From Desulfocapsa sulfexigens DSM 10523 (lineage in GTDB: Bacteria; Desulfobacterota; Desulfobulbia; Desulfobulbales; Desulfocapsaceae): a DNA stretch of 32,000 nucleotides. Below, one piece after another: positions 19,219 to 27,948 of this stretch. The first letter of the stretch is position 1. The number at the start of each line of letters is the position of its first letter. Under the pieces are notes generated by a model. The model did not search any database, was not told the origin of the DNA, and worked only from the letters and a program-made list of their open reading frames with translations. The stretch spans positions 1,170,001 to 1,202,000 of the forward strand of contig NC_020304.1 of NCBI RefSeq assembly GCF_000341395.1, read 5' to 3'. The position numbers and the translations under genes are program-made.

Positions 19219-19852
19219 AGGGTGATGAAAATTTGCAAAAGAAACAACCTTCTTCCTTAAAAAAAACGCCTTTGCGAAGGAAGAGCCATAGGCTGACGGC
19301 TGTTGCTTTACACACGGCAGAGAGGAACTAACGGTTATACAAAAAAAATCTTGCGCAGTACAGGTATACACGATGATACTGACGGCGGGCCTGGGGCTAC
19401 AAAAAGACCATCGACTACCCCAAGGTTGAGGCGAGGCTATTTCCGACCTTGAAGGTTCTTGGGATATCCTTTGGCAAACCTGATACAAGGATCCATTTTT
19501 TCTGCGATTATTATCTGATCAAAGGCATGGTGGAATGCCAGCCGGAACCAGCGAAACTTATTTTGCACCAATGTTGACTCCTCGCATCCGACACGGATGT
19601 AACCAGTGGTGCCAATACTGCAAGCCTGGGCCAGGACAATCATTTCCGGGTGGAACTCAGCCTTGGAAATGTTTTCTCCAGGCAACTCTTTTTAGTGGGC
19701 TAGCTGGAGTGGCTTTCAAGATGAACAAGCAAGTGATCGCTCAACAACTATGACATTTCTAGTAAAAATACTCAGCAAAGCATAACATAGTAGGAATATA
19801 AACAACTTGATGCGGATCTTTAAAACCTTTGCAGTCACTTGTAGGAGAGACA

Positions 19853-20695
19853 ATGAAAACCACTAATTTCAATACATTGAAGGGAAACGTTTCTGTTGTC
19901 GGTATGGGTGGGGAAGGGATTCTCAGAACCTATGGTAAAGATAATGAGGCGCAGGCCGTTATAAAGGAGGCTTTGGCCCAGGGGATTACCTATTTCGATT
20001 CGGCCAAAGCGTACTCTGATAGTGAACGGTATTATGGAAAAATATGGGGCAAGAACCCAGACCTGCGCCAGAACGTTTTCCAAACCAGCAAATCAGCCGC
20101 GCGGGACAAAAAAGGAGCCCTCGTTGATTTGCAAAACAGTTTCCAACGCCTTCAAACCAGTTATCTTGATCTCTGGCAGATTCATGATATCCGCACAGAT
20201 GATGATTTCCGTGCTATTGCCCGACCCGGCGGAGCCTTAGAAGCCTTTGTCGAAGCCAGAGAGCAAGGTTTGGTAAAAGCCATCGGAGTCACCGGACACC
20301 ATGACCCTTATATCCTCACTCGTGCCCTTAAAGAATGGCCTGTGGATGCGGTACTTATGCCCGTAAATCCGGTGGAAGGCAATATGGAAGGCTTTCTCAC
20401 CGATACCCTACCCGCAGCCCAGCAAAAATCCGTTGCCATTATCGGAATGAAGGTGCTTGGAGCCTCCCATTATATCCTACCCAAATTCGATATATCTCCA
20501 GAATTATTGATCCGCTACGCCCTTTCTTTTGATATTACTTTGCCCATCATTGGCTGTTCCACTCCAGCCGAGGTCCGCACCTTAGCCTCAGTAGGGACAA
20601 ATCTTAAACCCCTGTCAGATGGTGAAAAAAAGAATATTGAAGCAATTTTCAAACCCTATGCCCATCGCCTCGCCTTCTATCGCGGCGTGCGTTAG
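19853..20695 (+). CDS. Aldo/keto reductase family protein
   Basis: GITYFDSAKAYSDSERYYGK, YLDLWQIHDI, LIRYALSFDITLPIIGCSTPAEV; start at ATG 19853 (MKTTNFNTLKGNVSVVGMGGEG). Confidence 0.88.
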   Translation: MKTTNFNTLKGNVSVVGMGGEGILRTYGKDNEAQAVIKEALAQGITYFDSAKAYSDSERYYGKIWGKNPDLRQNVFQTSKSAARDKKGALVDLQNSFQRLQTSYLDLWQIHDIRTDDDFRAIARPGGALEAFVEAREQGLVKAIGVTGHHDPYILTRALKEWPVDAVLMPVNPVEGNMEGFLTDTLPAAQQKSVAIIGMKVLGASHYILPKFDISPELLIRYALSFDITLPIIGCSTPAEVRTLASVGTNLKPLSDGEKKNIEAIFKPYAHRLAFYRGVR

Positions 20696-21000
20696 GGATA
20701 GGGTAACGCAAGAAAGGGGGCACCCATGAAAAAGCCTTCGTCAAGAGTATAGAGAACCCTATTCAAGTAAAATGTTTTCTTCATTGCAAGGTTAAAACCA
20801 CGACACACCCTCGGCCATCTTGAATTCGCCATAACCACTTCCGGAGGCAAGGACATCTGAACCCGCCTTGTATTTATCCTCGATATATTGGGGGACAATG
20901 ACCCCGTTTGATAAAAAGAAGTAGCCCGAATCCCGCCACAGCCCCCCAGGGGGGGTATGATTTTTTTCATGAGTCGTCTTTCTCCAATGTAATGGATGGG

Positions 21001-21085
21001 CGATGTCTCCGGTTGGAGTACCAACCGAAATAGCGAACAAGCTGGAAACTCTTTTCGGGGATGTGCTGGGCGAGAGTCGTTATGC
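21001..21085 (-). mobile_element. Possible remnant of an IS91-like (Y2) transposase C-terminal region
   Basis: Minus-strand peptide GITTLAQHIPEKSFQLVRYFGWYSNRRHR resembles the HIPxKGxxxVRYYGxYSN motif of IS91-family transposases; no intact transposase around it. Confidence 0.4.
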
Positions 21086-21228
21086 CCTTCTCGTCTCCCC
21101 TTCCTTTACCAACAGTTTGAGGAGACTGGCTCTGAACAATTCTGCCAGCGCCCACCTGAAGACAAAAATCGAGAAAAATAATATATTTGGTAATTGAGAT
21201 GGGATGGATCTGCTTTCACTACTTTACC

Positions 21229-23694
21229 TCAAGACAGCCCGCCTCTTACCTGCTGATATACTGTTTCCGTCAATGAGTCATAGGTATGGCCCTCGGGAAA
21301 AACGGGCTGCTGAAACCTCACCGACACCTGACGCAGAGGTCTGGGAAAAAGAGTCCCCACGGGTAGAGCCTGATAAGCACCATTTATGGTAACAGGAACA
21401 ACCGGGACATTCAGCTCCATACTGAGAATGGCGAATAGTTTCTTGAAATCTCCAAGGGTACCATCCATACTTCGCGTTCCCTCAGGGAATATCATAATGT
21501 TTTTCCCTTTTTTCAACACCTCGGCCAGCTTCTGAATGGACTCTTTGAGGCCTGAGTTCAGATCCACGACGATAACATTATTTCTGTCTGCCAGAAAACG
21601 TATTAGCGGATTGTTAACATGTTTTCGTTTGGCATAAAAATAGGTGTTTTTGAAAAAATTCTGCTTGAGCAGAGACGCCACAAACAGGCCATCATAAAAA
21701 CTCTGATGGTTCGGGGCTATAATGCATGGTGTATCGGGGATGTTCTCCTGGCCCTCCCCCTTAAACCTGAAGTAACCCTTAAAAAAGAGTTTGCTGCAAG
21801 TCCTGAATACATTGGCGGTAATCCATGTCCTGGGAAGTGTCAGGTCAACTTTTTCTTTCAGAATATCTTTCCAGTTTACCAGCTCAACGCTTATTTTTTC
21901 CTTCTTCTCCTGAATAAATTCACTGAGACGACGAACTGTCTGGTGTGCCATCAGTTTTTCTTCGCTGAGTTCCACCCCGAAGGTGGATTTCAGGAAGGCA
22001 AGAAGACTCACCTGATCGAGAGAGTCCATGGCGATATCAATCTCCAGATGGTCATCGGGAAAAATTTCCCTTTTACTCTGTTCCTCGATAAAACCTTTGA
22101 TAATAAGATACTCTTCAAAGTCAGGCTGCCTGGCATCGCTTTTCCGTGCTGCCCTCTTTCCTACCAGATCAGGTAACTGAAAACGGCGCAGCTTGGAAAG
22201 TCGTGTCTTGGGCAATTCTTCGTCTATCAAGGTGAATTTCAGGATGCGTTTTGAAGGAGAAACCGTCTTATTGTAGGCATCAATAATCTTCCAACGAAAG
22301 AAATCATCAAGCTCCGTGATCTCACGCGCCCTGACTTTCTGAAAATCCGGCTGAATAACTGCCTGCAGGATATCATCCTTCACAAAGACCCCGACTTCAT
22401 TGATGCAGTCTGTTAAGCTCTCCAGTTTCTGTTCAACCAGAACCGGATTGATATTCTTGCCACTGGCCAATACAATAATTTCTTTTCTGCGGCCGGTTAT
22501 AAAAAGCCGCCCCTTCTCATCAAGATGACCAAGATCCCCGGTGTAGAGCCATCCATCCTTTAAAACCTCGGCGGTTTCCTCTGGACGATTCAGATACCCC
22601 TGCATAATATTTTTTCCCGATGCGACAATCTCCCCATCCCGTATCTCAATACTGGTGCAGGACATAGCGGTACCGGCAGAACCGATGGTGACCTGACCAG
22701 GACGGGTAAAGCTAATCATCGGTGCAGCCTCAGTCATTCCAAATCCTTCAAGGATTTCAAAGCCCAGAGTCATAAAATTACTACCGACATCAGGATCGAG
22801 GGCAGCTCCACCGCAAACAAGATACTTAAGTTTTCCACCAAATTTTTGATGTACGGCCTTAAAAATCATACGGGAAAAGCCCTGAGAACCTGCTTTTTCG
22901 GCGATGAAAAAGAGCAGGCGGGCAATTTTCTTCTGATTAATCTTGTCCATAACGCCTTTACAGATCGTCTTATACAGCCGGGGCACTCCAATAATAATTG
23001 TAACCTGATTATTCTGGAGAGTACTGATAATATCCTGCGGCTGGAGGGACGGAGACATGGCGATGGTCGCACCAACTGACAAAGGAGCAACCATGGAACC
23101 AAGCAGAGGGAAGATATGATGCAGGGGAAGCAGAAGCATAACCCGTTCATCGATGGAATATATGGGTACCCCGATGGAAACGGCTTCCACATTCGCCATC
23201 ACATTCTCATAAGAAAGCATTACACCTTTGGGATCGCCGGTGGTTCCGGAAGTGTAGATTATCAGCGCTGTGTCATTCAGCGATTTTTTGGCAAAATCGA
23301 TTCCTTCTACGACTTCTTCAGAAGTATTACCAGCTGTCCCCACATCTTCATAAACAAGGAGAAGTGGAGTATGGTCAATGGACTCAATAACACTGCGAAA
23401 GAGTTTCTCCCGCTCACGGGAACAAAAAACAACGTCCGGTAAACAATCGTTTACGATGTAGATTACTTCCTCAACGGTTGACAGATAATCAACCGGAATA
23501 ACAGTACAGTTATTTTTCCACGAACCAAGAAAACTGTAAATCCACTCCGGCCTGTTTTCCGAGAAAATCAGAACCCGTTCGGCGGTATCTGGAAACAGCT
23601 TTGCAAAATAGACTGCCTCTCGAAGAAGATCCGCATAACGTATTTTCTGATCCTTCCACTTGAGTGCCGTCTTGTTGTAATTCTTCAAAAACAT
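21229..23694 (-). CDS. Fusion protein: AMP-dependent acyl ligase, acyl-carrier domain and PlsC-type acyltransferase
   Basis: Ligase motif IIYTSGTTGDPKGVMLSYEN and GWLYTGDLGHLDEKGRLFITGR; carrier segment HLEIDIAMDSLDQVSLLAFL; acyltransferase APNHQSFYDGL and IFPEGTRSMDG. Confidence 0.88.
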   Translation of the reverse strand: MFLKNYNKTALKWKDQKIRYADLLREAVYFAKLFPDTAERVLIFSENRPEWIYSFLGSWKNNCTVIPVDYLSTVEEVIYIVNDCLPDVVFCSREREKLFRSVIESIDHTPLLLVYEDVGTAGNTSEEVVEGIDFAKKSLNDTALIIYTSGTTGDPKGVMLSYENVMANVEAVSIGVPIYSIDERVMLLLPLHHIFPLLGSMVAPLSVGATIAMSPSLQPQDIISTLQNNQVTIIIGVPRLYKTICKGVMDKINQKKIARLLFFIAEKAGSQGFSRMIFKAVHQKFGGKLKYLVCGGAALDPDVGSNFMTLGFEILEGFGMTEAAPMISFTRPGQVTIGSAGTAMSCTSIEIRDGEIVASGKNIMQGYLNRPEETAEVLKDGWLYTGDLGHLDEKGRLFITGRRKEIIVLASGKNINPVLVEQKLESLTDCINEVGVFVKDDILQAVIQPDFQKVRAREITELDDFFRWKIIDAYNKTVSPSKRILKFTLIDEELPKTRLSKLRRFQLPDLVGKRAARKSDARQPDFEEYLIIKGFIEEQSKREIFPDDHLEIDIAMDSLDQVSLLAFLKSTFGVELSEEKLMAHQTVRRLSEFIQEKKEKISVELVNWKDILKEKVDLTLPRTWITANVFRTCSKLFFKGYFRFKGEGQENIPDTPCIIAPNHQSFYDGLFVASLLKQNFFKNTYFYAKRKHVNNPLIRFLADRNNVIVVDLNSGLKESIQKLAEVLKKGKNIMIFPEGTRSMDGTLGDFKKLFAILSMELNVPVVPVTINGAYQALPVGTLFPRPLRQVSVRFQQPVFPEGHTYDSLTETVYQQVRGGLS

Positions 23695-23970
23695 GGCTTT
23701 CCACTATCAATGGGCCGTATTGGCAATTGCTTGTTGCTCAGTATCAGGATTTGATACTGACTTCAAATTCACTTCCCGCTATCTACACCAATTAAGACAA
23801 ATTACCAATAACTGTCCCGTTTTTTACCTGAAAATGCTCTTTGGATACGACGTTGTTGTATATCCCTCTTGCTGATATTTGAACTTCACAGTATCCTGTA
23901 TCGTACCATCAGACAAACTCAGGGGCTGATTCACGACTCCCTACAACCAGGAATTCTCAGGAGAACAGGA

Positions 23971-24219
23971 ATGAAAAAAATTATAGTCCTTCTTATTGCA
24001 GCGGCTGCCGGATATGGTCTGCTTGGCTATCACTTTATTCTTTTGGACAGCAGTGTGAAAATTCTCAAGAAAAACAAGGTTCAATATGTGAATACCTTCG
24101 TCGATGCACGAGGGAGCAAAAAACTGGAACTTGCCTTACAGCCGGATCTGATCGCTGCAGGTATCAAAGATCTGTTTGGTCAAATTGAGGGATCTGTCAA
24201 GGAAGCCACCGATCACTAA
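23971..24219 (+). CDS. Small membrane-anchored or exported hypothetical protein
   Basis: GGAG upstream of ATG 23971; MKKIIVLLIAAAAGYGLLGYHFILLDSSVKILKKNKVQYVNTFVDARG. Confidence 0.6.
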   Translation: MKKIIVLLIAAAAGYGLLGYHFILLDSSVKILKKNKVQYVNTFVDARGSKKLELALQPDLIAAGIKDLFGQIEGSVKEATDH

Positions 24220-24293
24220 ATCAAAGGATTTCTTCGTGTGTGGCCTGGTTCTATTGAATACAATCAGCAGGTGTTCAGAGTGAAGGGTATTCT

Positions 24294-24866
24294 TTAGTAT
24301 TCAGCAAGCACCCCGAAGTGATGCGTGAAGCCCGTCACCTCCCGCACCTCCGAAAACCCTGCTTCCTGCAACACTGCCATAACATCTTCCACAAATACAC
24401 GATGCTCCAGTGGAGGCCCTTGTTCACAGGCCTCCACCTTCTTTTCCCAATCAACTATCAGCAGTCGTCCGCCGGGCAGTAGAACTCTTCGTATTTCACG
24501 CAACAAGGGTACTGGATTGCCAAGTTCATGAAAGACCGTAATAGACCAAATGCCATCGACGCTTGCATCGGCAAAGGGAAGAACATCACGCGTCATGAGT
24601 TGTGGCAGAATATGGTCTTTTTCTCTACCCCTTGCCATCTCCTCCACCATCAGCGGCTCAATATCCAGGGCGTGAATAACCGCATCGGGTACCATTAAGG
24701 CAACTTCACGGCTGATATAGCCAGTGCCGGCACCGATATCAAGATACACCCGCCTTTTCTCCATTTCCAACAGCGTTCCTATTCTCTGCGGGGGAATCCA
24801 TTGTAACCGAACCGGGTTGTTCAGTTTCTTTCTCTTGGCCGGATTAAATTTTTTTTCTTCAGACAT
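24294..24866 (-). CDS. Class I SAM-dependent methyltransferase
   Basis: VYLDIGAGTGYISREVALMVPDAVIHALDIEP, LPFADASVDGIWSITVFHEL, RVLLPGGRLLIVDWE. Confidence 0.85.
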   Translation of the reverse strand: MSEEKKFNPAKRKKLNNPVRLQWIPPQRIGTLLEMEKRRVYLDIGAGTGYISREVALMVPDAVIHALDIEPLMVEEMARGREKDHILPQLMTRDVLPFADASVDGIWSITVFHELGNPVPLLREIRRVLLPGGRLLIVDWEKKVEACEQGPPLEHRVFVEDVMAVLQEAGFSEVREVTGFTHHFGVLAEY

Positions 24867-24955
24867 TCTCTGTTCCCGTCGGAAATGTTATTCTGCTTTT
24901 TTCAATTCTCTGTTCGTAAAAACACCTGTCCCGATTTGCTTACCGTTCACCAGTG

Positions 24956-25219
24956 CTAGAACAATTTACGAATACGCTCATAACCTGACTTCAATTCATC
25001 GGCCACAAGGCTCAGGGCAGCACCGGCATTTTCAGCAGTTTTACCAGCTTCATCTACAACTGGTTTGCATTGCTCCAGAAAAGCTTTCCATTTTTTATCA
25101 AGCTTCTCTAATTCCTGTACAGCTTCTGCCTTACCAAGATGAGCCTCCAGTCGAATCTCATCACGCAGCTCTTCAATTGAAGCCTTTATCGCATCAAGTT
25201 TACTTGTTTCATCTGTCAT
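24956..25219 (-). CDS. Small Glu/Lys-rich predicted coiled-coil protein
   Basis: 87 aa, KLDAIKASIEELRDEIRLEAHLGKAEAVQELEKLDKKWKAFLEQ; co-oriented with neighbours. Confidence 0.6.
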   Translation of the reverse strand: MTDETSKLDAIKASIEELRDEIRLEAHLGKAEAVQELEKLDKKWKAFLEQCKPVVDEAGKTAENAGAALSLVADELKSGYERIRKLF

Positions 25220-25323
25220 GTTTTTTCCTCAGGGATAAGTAACGTTCCATTCTTTTTTCATATCAACAACTGTCCAGTCATTGCGCTACTTGATTTTATC
25301 AACACAAGGACTCAACACTGATT

Positions 25324-26475
25324 TCACTGTTTACCATTGCTGACGATGATCTTGGACTTCACAGCACGTATCTGCGGAATGAGAATCGACCTGAAAGCAT
25401 CATAAGCCGCCTCAATGGGAATGGCGCAATCATTGCCTTTGGGGTCCCTGAACACCCCACTGTTCAGGCCACTGACATTTCCATATCTGTCCAACAACGG
25501 CCACCCCTTATCCTCTTGTTGTATCCGAATATCACTGCATAGCATTTTTTGCTTCTCAAGTGAGGCTGCGTTGTCAACCACTCTCCCCTCCTGCACCAAA
25601 ACACCGCTCTCTGCCCTGTATCCTGCAATAAAAGCCCTGTCACCTGCTCGCAAGGGAATAGTACGGGGACGAAGAGGCGTGTACTTTAGTTTTGCTGTAT
25701 TCACCTGAAGCAGTAACAGATTATGAGCAGTAGAGCTGTAAGTTATTTTTTTGAGCTTCAACCGTTTCCCCTCTGAGGAGAGGATTTTTATATCCGATAA
25801 ATTTTCAAGAGACGGCCCACTGGTTTTCTTTAACAAATCACCCAACTCCTGGCTTCTGGTGATACTGGTAAAAAGTTCCTTCTTTTTTTCTTCGGAGAGA
25901 CGTTGAAATGTTTCTTTTTCATAGCCAGGCAGCAGAAGATTCATTTTTTGCCGAATAGTCCGCAATCTTTGCTGCTCAAGAACAACAATCTGATCCAGCA
26001 GTTTTTTTTCATATCTGGCCTTCTCCAGTTTTTCTTTGCTGGGCCCCGCTACATCCCCTGCTGTCAGAATATGTCCTTTATAATCAATAAAAAATCCTGT
26101 CGCCTGGCCAAGGGGAGAATCGATATACACAAGCGATCGCAAGACACGTCTGGACATCTTCTCGGTGGCCGTCGGAACCCTGTCAGGTTTGCGGTCTATC
26201 TTTTTTCGGGTGGATTCGAAAACAATTGGAGAGATCTCCAGACCTGTTTGCAGGACGACTTCCTCTGGCGCTGATTGCTCATCGGCTATAGGTGTATCCA
26301 AGGATACACTTTCAATATTCGGCAAAGGATCAACTGCAGCAGACATCTCATCTCTCATGGGGACAAGATAAGCCAATAACGCTGTGGCCAAAATCAAAAT
26401 AAGCAGAATCAGTAAGAAAGGCCTGTAAGTAAATGATTTCAAACTATACAACTTCCCGGTAACATTCTTTATCAT
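25324..26475 (-). CDS. Membrane-anchored trypsin/HtrA-like protein with apparently degenerate catalytic triad and an inserted coiled coil
   Basis: N-terminal TM (FLLILLILILATALLAYLV). Protease-like landmarks GQATGFFIDYKGHILTAGDV, AHNLLLLQVNT and GWPLLDRYGNVSGLN lack the expected His, Asp and Ser. Confidence 0.6.
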   Translation of the reverse strand: MIKNVTGKLYSLKSFTYRPFLLILLILILATALLAYLVPMRDEMSAAVDPLPNIESVSLDTPIADEQSAPEEVVLQTGLEISPIVFESTRKKIDRKPDRVPTATEKMSRRVLRSLVYIDSPLGQATGFFIDYKGHILTAGDVAGPSKEKLEKARYEKKLLDQIVVLEQQRLRTIRQKMNLLLPGYEKETFQRLSEEKKKELFTSITRSQELGDLLKKTSGPSLENLSDIKILSSEGKRLKLKKITYSSTAHNLLLLQVNTAKLKYTPLRPRTIPLRAGDRAFIAGYRAESGVLVQEGRVVDNAASLEKQKMLCSDIRIQQEDKGWPLLDRYGNVSGLNSGVFRDPKGNDCAIPIEAAYDAFRSILIPQIRAVKSKIIVSNGKQ

Positions 26476-26484
26476 TCTCTATTA

Positions 26485-27933
26485 TTATTTTGCATCATCC
26501 AGCCACTCTTCTATCAGCCTGGGCTTAAAAACACAGCTTCCAGGTGCCCGCCAGGTACACTGGCCATTCATTTCAATTCCATGCCTGATAACTGAAACAG
26601 GGCGATCCGAGGAGACAACCACCACAATCACCCCATCGTGCTCTTTGGAAAAACGAAGGGCTGAATTATAGCGCGCTCCTCTGGCCAGATCTTCACCATA
26701 AATGCTTCGGCCATCGAGGAGGCAGGAAAATCCGCGGAGACAGGATTCAGCATCAATATGGAGTGCTCCATCCACGGCAGAAAGAGAAGCCGCGAGAGAA
26801 AGGAGCCTTTCTTCTGAAAGGTCAAGAGGCTGCTCAAACTTCTGACCGGGAATATCAAGAGGAGAACTTTCCAGATCTATTACCAGAGTGCAGCCATGGG
26901 AGGATTTTTCAGCATTGTGGACCAGGGCACTGATAATATGGAAAAGCTTATACACAGAGTCACTGCTTAATGACTCTGCCTCTAGGAGGCTTTCTTCAAC
27001 TTCAACCAACTTAGCCATATTGGTGGTGGAATGAAACTTTCCATCGAAAAAGCTGCAGACGGTTTCTTCTCCCGTTTTAATAAAGCCATAGCTTTCATTA
27101 AACTCAACCAGAATAGAAAACTCAAGATCCTCGTCGGATGCAATACCAACGATAGAGACCCCATCGGAAACGAGCCTGTTACCAGACCCTTTAACACTCT
27201 GCAGTAATTTTCGAACATGCTTGCAATTATCCAGTTGCGGCCGCTCACCCTCATTAAAACGAGCAAGAAAAGAAAGCTGCCCCATCAGCCTCGGCTCCAC
27301 AAAAAGCAGACTCCCATCCGGCAAAGCCCCTTCTTCCAGAGTCTTTGAGATACCCAGGATAGCCTTCAAAACCGGGTAAATACGGATTTTGGAATCGATA
27401 CCGAGACGAAAGTTACATTCATCAATAATACAATCCCGAACGGCATGAGTCGCGTACTCCTTGAGAAAACTCCCCGAGATCCCGGAATATAACTCCTGCT
27501 CATTGGCAATGTCATGGGAAAAACGGAGTACAGCATACTCCAGCCAACGTTCCGTTGGTCCAATGGAGCAAATATCAGGATGGTGTTCTGTAAACCACAT
27601 CTGATAAAAGACAGAACCCGATCGACCGCCATAGCTGACAAGACCATCAAGCCCTAAGTTTTTTTCTGGAAGGATATGACCATATCTTGCTTTATCATTT
27701 TCGAGATTAATGTCGACACACCACTTCCCATCCGGGGAAAAAATCATCCTCAATGCCGGATCATAGCCTTTCAGCAGACTCTGAGGATCACAGATATACA
27801 GTTTTGACTGGGGAGTAAGGCAGTATATCACCGCCACCCGACTCGGCCCCGAGAATTCAGACAGACCTTCCTGGAGACCATGCAGTATATCACTTGTACA
27901 ACGATGAACAAAATGATCGACTCGACTGGTCAT
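26485..27933 (-). CDS. DisA_N/DAC (diadenylate cyclase)-like domain protein with a long N-terminal putative sensor region
   Basis: C-terminal HGCTLVIDLESSP...LLSLAASLSAVDGALHIDAESCLRGFSCLLDG...ARGARYNSALRFSKEHDGVIVVVVSSDRPVSVI follows the DAC fold pattern, with a DGA motif and GARYN in place of canonical GTRHR. Confidence 0.65.
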   Translation of the reverse strand: MTSRVDHFVHRCTSDILHGLQEGLSEFSGPSRVAVIYCLTPQSKLYICDPQSLLKGYDPALRMIFSPDGKWCVDINLENDKARYGHILPEKNLGLDGLVSYGGRSGSVFYQMWFTEHHPDICSIGPTERWLEYAVLRFSHDIANEQELYSGISGSFLKEYATHAVRDCIIDECNFRLGIDSKIRIYPVLKAILGISKTLEEGALPDGSLLFVEPRLMGQLSFLARFNEGERPQLDNCKHVRKLLQSVKGSGNRLVSDGVSIVGIASDEDLEFSILVEFNESYGFIKTGEETVCSFFDGKFHSTTNMAKLVEVEESLLEAESLSSDSVYKLFHIISALVHNAEKSSHGCTLVIDLESSPLDIPGQKFEQPLDLSEERLLSLAASLSAVDGALHIDAESCLRGFSCLLDGRSIYGEDLARGARYNSALRFSKEHDGVIVVVVSSDRPVSVIRHGIEMNGQCTWRAPGSCVFKPRLIEEWLDDAK

Positions 27934-27948
27934 TTTGTATTTTTATCC

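Noticed and set aside
19235-19290. Hairpin after trkH as a rho-independent terminator
   Set aside because: The stem around TTCTTCCTT/AAGGAAGAG is not followed by a T tract on the plus strand and the loop is long; too weak to call.
21619-22176. 185-aa plus-strand ORF opposite the ligase/acyltransferase gene
   Set aside because: Antisense to conserved ligase and carrier domains; no independent support.
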